In this document: in pieces, positions 10,370 through 25,602 of the stretch
How positions within the stretch are numbered: the first letter of the stretch is position 1
Layout: every line of letters begins with the position of its first letter
DNA from: Lingula anatina
Taxonomy: Eukaryota > Animalia > Brachiopoda
Assembly: GCA_051362555.1 (NCBI GenBank)
Contig: CM120643.1
Location: forward strand, 4,278,001-4,342,000
DNA: 64,000 bases
Reading direction: 5' to 3'
Notes under the pieces: generated by a model
Database searches by the model: none
The model's input: only the letters and a program-made list of their open reading frames with translations
What the model was told of the DNA's origin: nothing
Position numbers and translations under genes: made by a program

Positions 10370-13300
10370 CATATTTTTAAATTATTGTTAAGCATCATTT
10401 GTACAAATTTTAGAAACATTGGACAAGATTTGACAAAATTATTAACGTTTAACTATTTTATGTCATGGGATTTGCCAGTGTTTTCATTGTAATTTTCAGT
10501 TTTTTCAAAGATATTGTCCAAAGAGGATACTTGTCATTAGATACAGTCATTTGATCAGCTTATCACAGGTTTTTATTGTTGGTAAGCATCATTTGTACAA
10601 ATTTCAGAAATATTTGACCAGATTTGACAAAATTAATAATGTTTAATTATTTTAAGCCATGAGATTTGCCAGTCTTTTCAATGTAAATTTCATTTTTTCC
10701 AAATATGTTGTCCCAAAAAACACTTTTCATTAGATACAGTCGACAGATCATCTAATCACAGATTTTTATTGTTGTTAAGCATCATTTGTACAAATTTCAG
10801 AAATATTGGACAAGATTTGACAAAATTATTAACATTTAACTATTTTAAGTCATGAGATTTGCCAGCGTTTTCTATGTTATTTTCAGTTTTTTCAGTTATA
10901 TTGTTCTTTTTCCAGAGTACCTTTACCATGAAGATGCAGGCAGCGAAAGACAGCACCAAGAGCAGCACTATGTCTTATCCATGTGTACAATACATGATAT
11001 GTGGCAAGATTTAGGACATTGTCAAATGTTGTGATAACAGCAACCCATTCCAGAAACCGATTGTAAGGAGTAATCTGCATCTGGCATTGATAGTAAGGAG
11101 AAGTCTTGTATGGGTATATATTGTTTTCCAGATAACAGTTATAGGTAATTTGCAACCTCCTACACAAACAACCTCAAATCATCACATTTGCTATTTTATT
11201 TTATAATCACATTGCAAAATAATTAACATTTAACTATTTTAAGCCATGGAATTTGCCAGATTTTTCAGTGTAATTTTTAGTTTTTTCAAGGATATTGTCG
11301 AAAGAAGATACTTCTCATAAGACACAGTCATTTGATCAGCTTATCACAGGTTTTTATTGTTGTTAAGCATCATTTGTACAAATTTCAGAAACACTGGACT
11401 AGATTTGATAAAATTATTAACGTTTAACTATTTGAAGTCCTTGGATTTGCCAGGCTTTTCAATGTAAATTTCATTTTCCCCAAATATGTTGTCCCAAAAA
11501 ACACTTTTCATTAAATACAGTCAACAGATCATCTAATCACAGATTTTTATTATTGTTAAGCATCATTTGTACAAATTTCAGAAATATTGGACAAGATTTG
11601 AAAATTTTATTAACGTTTAACTATTTTAAGTCATGAAATTTGCCAGTGTTTTCAACGTAAATTTCAGTTTTCCCAAATTTGTTGTCCCAAAAAACACTTT
11701 TCATTAAATACAGTCAACAGATCATCTAATCACAGATTTTTATTATTGTTAAGCATCATTTGTACAAATTTCAGAAATATTGGACAAGATTTGAAAATTT
11801 TATTAACGTTTAACTATTTTAAGTCATGAAATTTGCCAGTGTTTTCAACGTAAATTTCAGTTTTCCCAAATTTGTTGTCCCAAAAAACACTTTTCATTAA
11901 ATACAGTCAACAGATCATCTAATCACAGATTTTTATTATTGTTAAGCATCATTTGTACAAATTTCAGAAATATTGGACTTGATTTGACAAAATTATTATC
12001 GTTTAACTATTTTAAGTCCTTGAATTTGCCAGTCTTTTCAATGTAAATTTCAGTTTTCCCAAATACTTTGTCCCAAAAAACACTTTTCATTAGATACAGT
12101 CGACAGATCATCTAATCACAGATTTTTATTGTTGTTAACCATCATTTGTACAAATTTCAGAAATATTGGACTAGATTTGACAAAATTATTATCGATTAAC
12201 TATTTTAAGTCATTGCATTTGCCAGTCTTTTCAATGTAATTTTCAGTTTTTTCAGTTATATTGTTTTTTTTTCCAGAGTACCCTTACCATGAAAAGGCAG
12301 GCAGTGAAAGACAGCACCAAGAGCAGCACTATGTCTTATCCATGTGTACAATACATGATATGTAGCAAGATTTAGGATATTGTCAAATGTTGTGATAACA
12401 ATTAACAACCCATTCCAGAAACTGATTGTAAGGAGTAATCTGCATCTGGCATTGATAGTAAGGAGAAGTCTTGTTTGGGTATATATTGTTTTCCAGATAA
12501 CAGTTATAGGTAATTTGCAACCTCCTACACAAACAACCTCAAATCATCACATTTGCTATTTTATTTTATAATCACATTGCAAAATTATTAACATTTAACT
12601 ATTTTAAGCCATGGAATTTGCCAGATTTTTCAGTGTAATTTTCAGTTTTTTCAAGGATATTGTCGAAAGAAGATACTTTTCATTAGACACAGTCATTTGA
12701 TCATCTAATCACAGGTTTTTATTGTTGTTATGCATCATTTGTACAAATTTCAGAAATATTGGACAAGATTTGACAAAATTATTAACGTTTAACTATTTGA
12801 AGTCCTTGGATTTGCCAGTCTTTTCAATGTAAATTTCATTTTTCCCAAATATGTTGTCCCAAAAAACAATTTTCATTAGATACAGTCAACAGATCATCTA
12901 ATCACAGATTTTTATTGTTGTTAAGCATCATTTGTACAAATTTCAGAAATATTGGACAAGATTTGACAAAATTAATAATGTTTAACTATTTTAAGCCATG
13001 AGATTTGCTAGTGTTTTCAATGTAAATTTCAGTTTTCCCAAATATGTTGTCCCAAAAAACACTTTTCATTAGATACAGTCAACAGATCATCTAATCACAG
13101 ATTTTTATTGTTGTTGTGCATCATTTGTACAAATTTCAGAAATATTGGACAAGATATGACAAAATAATTAACATTTAACTATTTGAAGTCCTTGGATTTG
13201 CCAGTCTTTTCAATGTAAATTTCAGTTGTCCCAAATATGTTGTCCCAAAAAACACTTTTCATTAGATACAGTGAACAGATCATCTAATCACAGATTTTTA

Positions 13301-16300
13301 TTGTTGTTAAGCATCATTTGTACAAATTTCAGAAATATTGGACAAGATTTGAAAATTTTATTAATGTTTAACTATTTTAAGTCATGGGATTTGCTAGTGT
13401 TTTCAATGTAAATTTCAGTTGTCCTAAATATGTTGTCCCAAAAAACACTTTTCATTAGATACAGTCAACAGATCATCTAATCACAGATTTTTATTGTTGT
13501 TAATCATCATTTGTACAAATTTCAGAAATATTGGACAAGATTTGACAAAATTATTAACGTTTAACTATTTTATGTCATGGAATTTGCCAGCGTTTTCTAT
13601 GTTATTTTCAGTTTTTTCAGTTATATTCTTCTTTTTCCAGAGTTACCCTTACTATGAAGATGCAGGCAGTGAAAGACAGCACCAAGAGCAGCACTATGTC
13701 TTATCCATATGTACAATACATGATATGTGGCAAGATTTAGGACATTGTCAAATGTTGTGATAACAACAACCCATTCCAGAAACCGATTGTAAGGAGTAAT
13801 CTGCATCTGGCATTGATAGTAAGGAGAAGTCTTGTTTGGGTATATATTGTTTTCCAGATAACAGTTATAGGTAATTTGCAACCTCCTACACAAACAACCT
13901 CAAATCATCACATTTGCTATTTTATTTTATAATCACATTGCAAAATTATTAACATTTAACTATTTTAAGCCATGGAATTTGCCAGATTTTTCAGTGTAAT
14001 TTTCAGTTTTTTCAAGGATATTGTCGAAAGAAGATACTTTTCATTAGATACAGTCATTTGATCAGCTTATCACAAGTTTTCATTGTTGTTAAGCATCATT
14101 TGTACAAATTTCAGAAACACTGGACTAGATTTGACAAAATTATTAACGTTTAACTATTTGAAGTCCTTGGATTTGCCAGTCTTTTCAATGTAAATTTCAT
14201 TTTTCCCAAATATGTTGTCCCAAAAAACAATTTTCATTAGATACAGTCAACAGATCATCTAATCACAGATTTTAATTATTGTTAAGCATCATTTGTACAA
14301 ATTTCAGAAATATTGGACAAGATTTGAAAATTTTATTACCGTTTAACTATTTTAAGTCATGGGATTTGCTAGTGTTTTCAATGTAAATTTCAGTTGTCCC
14401 AAATATGTTGTCCCAAAAAACACTTTTCATTAGATACAGTCAACAGATCATCTAATCACAGATTTTTATTGTTGTTAAGCATCATTTGTACAAATTTCAG
14501 AAATATTGGACAAGATTTGAAAATTTTATTAATGTTTAACTATTTAAAGTCATGGGATTTGCTAGTGTTTTCAATGTAAATTTCAGTTGTCCTAAATATG
14601 TTGTCCCAAAAAACACTTTTCATTAGATACAGTCAACAGATCATCTAATCACAGATTTTTATTGTTGTTAATCATCATTTGTACAAATTTCAGAAATATT
14701 GGACAAGATTTGACAAAATTATTAACGTTTAACTATTTTATGTCATGGAATTTGCCAGCGTTTTCTATGTTATTTTCAGTTTTTTCAGTTATATTCTTCT
14801 TTTTCCAGAGTTACCCTTACTATGAAGATGCAGGCAGTGAAAGACAGCACCAAGAGCAGCACTATGTCTTATCCATGTGTACAATACATGATATGTGGCA
14901 AGATTTAGGACATTGTCAAATGTTGTGATAACAACAACCCATTCCAGAAACCGATTGTAAGGAGTAATCTGCATCTGGCATTGATAGTAAGGAGAAGTCT
15001 TGTTTGGGTATATATTGTTTTCCAGATAACAGTTATAGGTAATTTGCAACCTCCTACACAAACAACCTCAAATCATCACATTTGCTATTTTATTTTATAA
15101 TCACATTGCAAAATTATTAACATTTAACTATTTTAAGCAATGGAATTTGCCAGATTTTTCAGTGTAATTTTCAGTTTTTTCAAGGATATTGTCGAAAGAA
15201 GATACTTTTCATTAGATACAGTCATTTGATCAGCTTATCACAAGTTTTCATTGTTGTTAAGCATCATTTGTACAAATTTCAGAAACACTGGACTAGATTT
15301 GACAAAATTATTAACGTTTAACTATTTGAAGTCCTTGGATTTGCCAGTCTTTTCAATGTAAATTTCATTTTTCCCAAATATGTTGTCCCAAAAAACAATT
15401 TTCATTAGATACAGTCAACAGATCATCTAATCACAGATTTTAATTATTGTTAAGCATCATTTGTACAAATTTCAGAAATATTGGACAAGATTTGAAAATT
15501 TTATTACCGTTTAACTATTTTAAGTCATGGGATTTGCTAGTGTTTTCAATGTAAATTTCAGTTGTCCCAAATATGTTGTCCCAAAAAACACTTTTCATTA
15601 GATACAGTCAACAGATCATCTAATCACAGATTTTTATTGTTGTTAAGCATCATTTGTACAAATTTCAGAAATATTGGACAAGATTTGAAAATTTTATTAA
15701 TGTTTAACTATTTTAAGTCATGGGATTTGCTAGTGTTTTCAATGTAAATTTCAGTTGTCCTAAATATGTTGTCCCAAAAAACACTTTTCATTAGATACAG
15801 TCAACAGATCATCTAATCACAGATTTTTATTGTTGTTAATCATCATTTGTACAAATTTCAGAAATATTGGACTAGATTTGACAAAATTATTAACGTTTAA
15901 CTATTTTATGTCATGGAATTTGCCAGCGTTTTCTATGTTATTTTCAGTTTTTTCAGTTATATTCTTCTTTTTCCAGAGTTACCCTTACTATGAAGATGCA
16001 GGCAGTGAAAGACAGCACCAAGAGCAGCACTATGTCTTATCCATGTCTACAATACATGATATGTGGCAAGATTTAGGACATTGTCAAATGTTGTGATAAC
16101 AACAACCCATTCCAGAAACCGATTGTAAGGAGTAATCTGCATCTGGCATTGATAGTGAGGAGAAGTCTTGTATGGGTATATATTGTTTTTCAGATAACAG
16201 TTATAGGTAATTTGCAACCTCCTACACAAACAACCTCAAATCATCACATTTGCTATTTTATTTTATAATCACATTGCAAAATTATTAACATTTAACTATT

Positions 16301-19300
16301 TTAAGCCATGGAATTTGCCAGATTTTTCAGTGTAATTTTCAGTTTTTTCAAGGATATTGTCGAAAGAAGATACTTCTCATTATACACAGTCATTTGATCA
16401 GCTTATCACAGGTTTTTATTGTTGTTAAGCATCATTTGTACAAATTTCAGAAACACTGGACTAGATTTGACAAAATTATTAACGTTTAACTATTTGAAGT
16501 CCTTGGATTTGCCAGTCTTTTCAATGTAAATTTCATTTTTCCCAAATATGTTGTCCCAAAAAACAATTTTCATTAGATACATTCAACAGATCATCTAATC
16601 ACAGATTTTTATAATTGTTAAGCATTATTTGTACAAATTTCAGAAATATTGGACAAGATTTGAAAATTTTATTACCGTTTAACTATTTTAAGTCATGGGA
16701 TTTGCTAGTGTTTTCAATGTAAATTTCAGTTGTCCCAAATATGTTGTCCCAAAAAACACTTTTCATTAGATACAGTCAACAGATCATCTAATCACAGATT
16801 TTTATTGTTGTTAAGCATCATTTGTACAAATTTCAGAAATATTGGACAAGATTTGAAAATTTTATTAACGTTTAACTATTTTAAGTCATGGGATTTGCTA
16901 GTGTTTTCAATGTAAATTTCAGTTGTCCCAAATATGTTGTCCCAAAAAACACTTTTCATTAGATACAGTCAACAGATCATCTAATCACAGATTTTTATTG
17001 TTGTAAATCATCATTTGTACAAATTTCAGAAATATTGGATTAGATTTGACAAAATTATTAACGTTTAACTATTTTATGTCATGGAATTTGCCAGCGTTTT
17101 CTATGTTATTTTCAGTTTTTTCAGTTATATTCCTCTTTTTCCAGAGTTACCCTTACTATGAAGATGCAGGCAGTGAAAGACAGCACCAAGAGCAGCACTA
17201 TGTCTTATCCATGTGTACAATACATGATATGTGGCAAGATTTAGGACATTGTCAAATGTTGTGATAACAACAACCCATTCCAGAAACCGATTGTAAGGAG
17301 TAATCTGCATCTGGCATTGATAGTAAGGAGAAGTCTTGTTTGGGTATATATTGTTTTCCAGATAACAGTTATAGGTAATTTGCAACCTCCTACACAAACA
17401 ACCTCAAATCATCACATTTGCTATTTTATTTTATAATCACATTGCAAAATTATTAACATTTAACTATTTTAAGCAATAGAATTTGCCAGATTTTTCAGTG
17501 TAATTTTCAGTTTTTTCAAGGATATTGTCGAAAGAAGATATTTTTCATTAGACACAGTCATTTGATCAGCTTATCACAAGTTTTCATTGTTGTTAAGCAT
17601 CATTTGTACAAATTTCAGAAACACTGGACTAGATTGACAAAATTATTAACATTTAACTATTTTAAGTCATGGGATTTGCCAGTCTTTTCAATGTAAATTT
17701 CAGTTGTCCTAAATTAATTGTCCCAAAAAACACTTTTCATTAGATACAGTCAATAGATCATCTAAATACAGATTTTTATTGTTGTTAAGCATCATTTGTA
17801 CAAATTTCAGAAATATTGGACAAGATTTGAAAATTTTATTAACGTTTAACTATTTTAAGTCATGGGATTTGCTAGTGTTTTCAATGTAAATTTCAGTTGT
17901 CCCAAATATGTTGTCCCAAAAAACACTTTTCATTAGATACAGTCAACAGATCATCTAATCACAGATTTTTATTGTTGTTAAGCATCATTTGTACAAATTT
18001 CAGAAATATTGGACAAGATTTGAAAATTTTATTAACGTTTAACTATTTTAAGTCATGGGATTTGCTAGCGTTTTCTATGTTATTTTCAGTTTTTTTCAGT
18101 TATATTGTTCTTTTTCCAGAGTACCCTTACCATGAAGATGCAGGCAGTGAAAGACAGCACCAAGAGCAGCACTATGTCTTATCCATGTCTACAATACATG
18201 ATATGTGGCAAGATTTAGGACATTGTCAAATGTTGTGATAACAACAACCCATTCCAGAAACCGATTGTAAGGAGTAATCTGCATCTGGCATTGATAGTAA
18301 GGAGAAGTCTTGTATGGGTATATATTGTTTTTCAGATAACAGTTATAGGTAATTTGCAACCTCCTACACAAACAACCTCAAATCATCACATTTGCTATTT
18401 TATTTTATAATCACATTGCAAAATTATTAACATTTAACTATTTTAAGCCATGGAATTTGCCAGATTTTTCAGTGTAATTTTCAGTTTTTTCAAGGATATT
18501 GTCGAAAGAAGATACTTCTCATTATACACAGTCATTTGATCAGCTTATCACAGGTTTTTATTGTTGTTAAGCATCATTTGTACAAATTTCAGAAACACTG
18601 GACTAGATTTGACAAAATTATTAACGTTTAACTATTTGAAGTCCTTGGATTTGCCATTCTTTTCAATGTAAATTTCAGTTTTCCCAAATATATTGTCACA
18701 AAAAGACACTTTTCATTTGACACAGTCAACTGATCTGCTTATCACAGATTTTTATTGTTGTTAAGCATCATTTGTACAAATTTCAGAAACATTTGACCAG
18801 ATTTGACAAAATTAATAATGTTTAACTATTTTAAGCCATGAGATTTGCCTGTCTTTTCAATGTAAATTTCAGTTTTCCCAAATATGTTGCCCCAAAAATC
18901 ACTTTTCATTAGATACAGTCAACAGATCATCTAATCACAGATTTTTATTGTTGTTATGCATCATTTGTACAAATTTCAGAAATATTGGACAAGACTTGAC
19001 AAAATAATTAACATTTAACTATTTGAAGTCCTTGGATTTGCCAGTCTTTTCAATGTAAATTTCAGTTGTCCCAAATATGTTGTCCCAAAAAACACTTTTC
19101 ATTAGATACAGTCATCAGATCATCTAATCACATATTTTTATTGTTCTTAAGCATCATTTGTACAAATTTCAGAAATATTGGACAAGATTTGACAAAATTA
19201 TTAACGTTTAACTATTTTATGTCATGGAATTTGCCAGCGTTTTCTATGTTATTTTGAGTTTTTTCAGTTATATTCTTCTTTTTCCAGAGTTACCCTTACT

Positions 19301-22300
19301 TTGAAGATGCAGGCAGTGAAAGACAGCACCAAGAGGAGCACTATGTCTTATCCATGTGTACAATACATGATATGTGGCAAGATTTAGGACATTGTCAAAT
19401 GTTGTGATAACAATTAACAACCCATTCCAGAAACTGATTGTAAGGAGTAATCTGCATCTGGCATTGATAGTAAGGAGAAGTCTTGTTTGGGTATATATTG
19501 TTTTCCAGATAACAGTTATAGGTAATTTGCAACCTCCTACACAAACAACCTCAAATCATCACATTTGCTATTTTATTTTATAATCACATTGCAAAATTAT
19601 TAACATTTAACTATTTTAAGCCATGGAATTTGCCAGATTTTTCAGTGTAATTTTCAGTTTTTTCAAGGATATTGTCGAAAGAAGATACTTCTCATTAGAC
19701 ACAGTCATTTGATCATCTAATCACAGGTTTTTATTGTTGTTATGCATCATTTGTACAAATTTCAGAAATATTGGACAAGATTTGACAAAATTATTAACGT
19801 TTAACTATTTGAAGTCCTTGGATTTGCCAGTCTTTTCAATGTAAATTTCATTTTTCCCAAATATGTTGTCCCAAAAACCACTTTTCATTAGATACAGTCA
19901 ACAGATCATCTAATCACAGATTTTTATTGTTGTTAAGCATCATTTGTACAAATTTCAGAAATATTGGACAAGATTTGACAAAATTAATAATGTTTAACTA
20001 TTTTAAGCCATGAGATTTGCTAGTGTTTTCAATGTAAATTTCAGTTGTCCCAAATATGTTGTCCCAAAAAACACTTTTCATTAGATACAGTCAACAGATC
20101 ATCTAATCACAGATTTTTATTGTTGTTAAGCATCATTTGTACAAATTTCAGAAATATTGGACAAGATTTGAAAATTTTATTACCATTTAACTATTTTAAG
20201 TCATGGGATTTGCTAGTGTTTTCAATGTAAATTTCAGTTGTCCCAAATATGTTGTCCCAAAAAACACTTTTCATTAGATTCAGTCAACAGATCATCTAAT
20301 CACAGATTTTTATTGTTGTTAAGCATCATTTGTACAAATTTCAGAAATATTGGACAAGATTTGAAAATTTTATTAACGTTTAACTATTTTAAGTCATGGG
20401 ATTTGCTAGTGTTTTCAATGTAAATTTCAGTTGTCCCAAATATGTTGTCCCAAAAAACACTTTTCATTAGATACAGTCAACAGATCATCTAATCACAGAT
20501 TTTTATTGTTGTTAATCATCATTTGTACAAATTTCAGAAATATTGGACTAGATTTGACAAAATTATTAACGTTTAACTATTTTATGTCATGGAATTTGCC
20601 AGCGTTTTCTATGTTATTTTGAGTTTTTTCAGTTATATTCTTCTTTTTCCAGAGTTACCCTTACTATGAAGATGCAGGCAGTGAAAGACAGCACCAAGAG
20701 CAGCACTATGTCTTATCCATGTGTACAATACATGATATGTGGCAAGATTTAGGACATTGTCAAATGTTGTGATAACAACAACCCATTCCAGAAACCGATT
20801 GTAAGGAGTAATCTGCATCTGGCATTGATAGTAAGGAGAAGTCTTGTTTGGGTATATATTGTTTTCCAGATAACAGTTATAGGTAATTTGCAACCTCCTA
20901 CACAAACAACCTCAAATCATCACATTTGCTATTTTATTTTATTATCACATTGCAAAATTATTAACATTTAACTATTTTAAGCAATGGAATTTGCCAGATT
21001 TTTCAGTGTAATTTTCAGTTTTTTCAAGGATATTGTCGAAAGAAGATACTTTTCATTAGATACAGTCATTTGATCAGCTTATCACAAGTTTTCATTGTTG
21101 TTAAGCATCATTTGTACAAATTTCAGAAACACTGGACTAGATTTGACAAAATTATTAACGTTTAACTATTTGAAGTCCTTGGATTTGCCAGTCTTTTCAA
21201 TGTAAATTTCATTTTTCCCAAATATGTTGTCCCAAAAAACAATTTTCATGAGATACAGTCAACAGATCATCTAATCACAGATTTTTATTATTGTTAAGCA
21301 TCATTTGTACAAATTTCAGAAATATTGGACAAGATTTGAAAATTTTATTACCATTTAACTATTTTAAGTCATGGGATTTGCTAGTGTTTTCAATGTAAAT
21401 TTCAGTTGTCCCAAATATGTTGTCCCAAAAAACACTTTTCATTAGATTCAGTCAACAGATCATCTAATCACAGATTTTTATTGTTGTTAAGCATCATTTG
21501 TACAAATTTCAGAAATATTGGACAAGATTTGAAAATTTTATTAACGTTTAACTATTTTAAGTCATGGGATTTGCTAGTGTTTTCAATGTAAATTTCAGTT
21601 GTCCCAAATATGTTGTCCCAAAAAACACTTTTCATTAGATACAGTCAACAGATCATCTAATCACAGATTTTTATTGTTGTTAATCATCATTTGTACAAAT
21701 TTCAGAAATATTGGACTAGATTTGACAAAATTATTAACGTTTAACTATTTTATGTCATGGAATTTGCCAGCGTTTTCTATGTTATTTTCAGTTTTTTCAG
21801 TTATATTCTTCTTTTTCCAGAGTTACCCTTACTATGAAGATGCAGGCAGTGAAAGACAGCACCAAGAGCAGCACTATGTCTTATCCATGTGTACAATACA
21901 TGATATGTGGCAAGATTTAGGACATTGTCAAATGTTGTGATAACAACAACCCATTCCAGAAACCGATTGTAAGGAGTAATCTGCATCTGGCATTGATAGT
22001 GAGGAGAAGTCTTGTATGGGTATATATTGTTTTTCAGATAACAGTTATAGGTAATTTGCAACCTCCTACACAAACAACCTCAAATCATCACATTTGCTAT
22101 TTTATTTTATAATCACATTGCAAAATTATTAACATTTAACTATTTTAAGCCATGGAATTTGCCAGATTTTTCAGTGTAATTTTCAGTTTTTTCAAGGATA
22201 TTGTCGAAAGAAGATACTTCTCATTATACACAGTCATTTGATCAGCTTATCACAGGTTTTTATTGTTGTTAAGCATCATTTGTACAAATTTCAGAAACAC

Positions 22301-25300
22301 TGGACTAGATTTGACAAAATTATTAACATTTAACTATTTTAAGTCATGGGATTTGCCAGTCTTTTCAATGTAAATTTCAGTTGTCCTAAATTAATTGTCC
22401 CAAAAAACACTTTTCATTAGATACAGTCAATAGATCATCTAAATACAGATTTTTATTGTTGTTAAGCATCATTTGTACAAATTTCAGAAATATTGGACAA
22501 GATTTGAAAATTTTATTAACGTTTAACTATTTTAAGTCATGGGATTTGCTAGTGTTTTCAATGTAAATTTCAGTTGTCCCAAATATGTTGTCCCAAAAAA
22601 CACTTTTCATTAGATACAGTCAACAGATCATCTAATCACAGATTTTTATTGTTGTTAAGCATCATTTGTACAAATTTCAGAAATATTGGACAAGATTTGA
22701 AAATTTTATTAACGTTTAACTATTTTAAGTCATGGGATTTGCTAGCGTTTTCTATGTTATTTTCAGTTTTTTTCAGTTATATTGTTCTTTTTCCAGAGTA
22801 CCCTTACCATGAAGATACAGGCAGTGAAAGACAGCACCAAGAGCAGCACTATGTCTTATCCATGTGTACAATACATGATATGTGGCAAGATTTAGGACAT
22901 TGTCAAATGTTGTGATAACAACAACCCATTCCAGAAACCGATTGTAAGGAGTAATCTGCATCTGGCATTGATAGTGAGGAGAAGTCTTGTATGGGTATAT
23001 ATTGTTTTTCAGATAACAGTTATAGGTAATTTGCAACCTCCTACACAAACAACCTCAAATCATCACATTTGCTATTTTATTTTATAATCACATTGCAAAA
23101 TTATTAACATTTAACTATTTTAAGCCATGGAATTTGCCAGATTTTTCAGTGTAATTTTCAGTTTTTTCAAGGATATTGTCGAAAGAAGATACTTCTCATT
23201 ATACACAGTCATTTGATCAGCTTATCACAGGTTTTTATTGTTGTTAAGCATCATTTGTACAAATTTCAGAAACACTGGACTAGATTTGACAAAATTATTA
23301 ACATTTAACTATTTTAAGTCATGGGATTTGCCAGTCTTTTCAATGTAAATTTCAGTTGTCCTAAATTAATTGTCCCAAAAAACACTTTTCATTAGATACA
23401 GTCAATAGATCATCTAAATACAGATTTTTATTGTTGTTAAGCATCATTTGTACAAATTTCAGAAATATTGGACAAGATTTGAAAATTTTATTAACGTTTA
23501 ACTATTTTAAGTCATGGGATTTGCTAGTGTTTTCAATGTAAATTTCAGTTGTCCCAAATATGTTGTCCCAAAAAACACTTTTCATTAGATACAGTCAACA
23601 GATCATCTAATCACAGATTTTTATTGTTGTTAAGCATCATTTGTACAAATTTCAGAAATATTGGACAAGATTTGAAAATTTTATTAACGTTTAACTATTT
23701 TAAGTCATGGGATTTGCTAGCGTTTTCTATGTTATTTTCAGTTTTTTTCAGTTATATTGTTCTTTTTCCAGAGTACCCTTACCATGAAGATACAGGCAGT
23801 GAAAGACAGCACCAAGAGCAGCACTATGTCTTATCCATGTCTACAATACATGATATGTGGCAAGATTTAGGACATTGTCAAATGTTGTGATAACAACAAC
23901 CCATTCCAGAAACCGATTGTAAGGAGTAATCTGCATCTGGCATTGATAGTGAGGAGAAGTCTTGTATGGGTATATATTGTTTTTCAGATAACAGTTATAG
24001 GTAATTTGCAACCTCCTACACAAACAACCTCAAATCATCACATTTGCTATTTTATTTTATAATCACATTGCAAAATTATTAACATTTAACTATTTTAAGC
24101 CATGGAATTTGCCAGATTTTTCAGTGTAATTTTCAGTTTTTTCAAGGATATTGTCGAAAGAAGATACTTCTCATTATACACAGTCAACTGATCTGCTTAT
24201 CACAGATTTTTATTGTTGTTAAGCATCATTTGTACAAATTTCAGAAACATTTGACCAGATTTGACAAAATTAATAATGTTTAACTATTTTAAGCCATGAG
24301 ATTTGCCTGTCTTTTCAATGTAAATTTCAGTTTTCCCAAATATGTTGCCCCAAAAAACACTTTTCATTAGATACAGTCAACAGATCATCTAATCACAGAT
24401 TTTTATTGTTGTTATGCATCATTTGTACAAATTTCAGAAATATTGGACAAGATTTGACAAAATAATTAACATTTAACTATTTGAAGTCCTTGGATTTGCC
24501 AGTCTTTTCAATGTAAATTTCAGTTGTCCCAAATATGTTGTCCCAAAAAACACTTTTCATTAGATACAGTCATCAGATCATCTAATCACATATTTTAATT
24601 GTTCTTAAGCATCATTTGTACAAATTTCAGATATATTGGACAAGATTTGACAAAATTATTAACGTTTAACTATTTTATGTCATGGAATTTGCCAGCGTTT
24701 TCTATGTTATTTTCAGTTTTTTCAGTTATATTCTTCTTTTTCCAGAGTTACCCTTACTTTGAAGATGCAGGCAGTGAAAGACAGCACCAAGAGGAGCACT
24801 ATGTCTTATCCATGTGTACAATACATGATATGTGGCAAGATTTAGGACATTGTCAAATGTTGTGATAACAATTAACAACCCATTCCAGAAACCGATAGTA
24901 AGGAGTAATCTGCATCTGGCATTGATAGTAAGGAGAAGTCTTGTTTGGGTATATATTGTTTTCCAGATAATAATTATAGGTAATTTGCAACCTCCTACAC
25001 AAACAACCTCAAATCATCACATTTGCTATTTTATTTTATAATCACATTGCAAAATTATTAACATTTAACTATTTTAAGCCATGGAATTTGCCAGATTTTT
25101 CAGTGTACTTTTCAGTTTTTTCAAGGATATTGTCGAAAGAAGATATTTTTCATTAGACACAGTCATTTGATCAGCTTATCACAGGTTTTTATTGTTGTTA
25201 AGCATCATTTGTACAAATTTCAGAAACACTGGACTAGATTTGACAAAATTATTAACGTTTAACTATTTTAAGTCATGGGATTTGCCAGTCTTTTCAATGT

Positions 25301-25602
25301 AAATTTCAGTTGTCCTAAATTAATTGTCCCAAAAAACACTTTTCATTAGATACAGTCAACAGATCATCTAATCAGAGATTTTTATTGTTGTTAAGCATCA
25401 TTTGTACAAATTTCAGAAATATTAGACAATATTTGACAAAATTATTAACGTTTAACTATTTTAAGTCCTTGGATTTGCTAGTCTTTCCAATGTAATTTTC
25501 AGTTTTTTCAGTTATATTGTTCTTTTTTCAGAGTACCCTTACCATGAAAAAGCAGGCAGTGAAAGACAGCAGCAAGAGCAGCACTTTGTCTTATTCATGT
25601 GT
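10370..25602. repeat. Higher-order satellite: 193-bp monomers plus a ~320-bp insert, 13 full units and 1 partial
   Basis: Monomer (…ttgtcccaaaaaacacttttcattagatacagtcaacagatcatctaatcacag…tttgtacaaatttcagaaatattgg…) has period 193. The insert recurs at ~975, ~1168 or ~1361 bp spacing (ORF-track ends 13893, 15061, 16229, 17397, 18371; 22073, 23048, 24023). Confidence 0.97.

Noticed and set aside
10852-25041. Dozens of recurring 60-113 aa ORFs (MSQICCPKK…, MCRRLQITY…) suggesting a tandem gene family
   Set aside because: They are translations of satellite monomers and the insert, mostly with non-ATG starts and variable stops.
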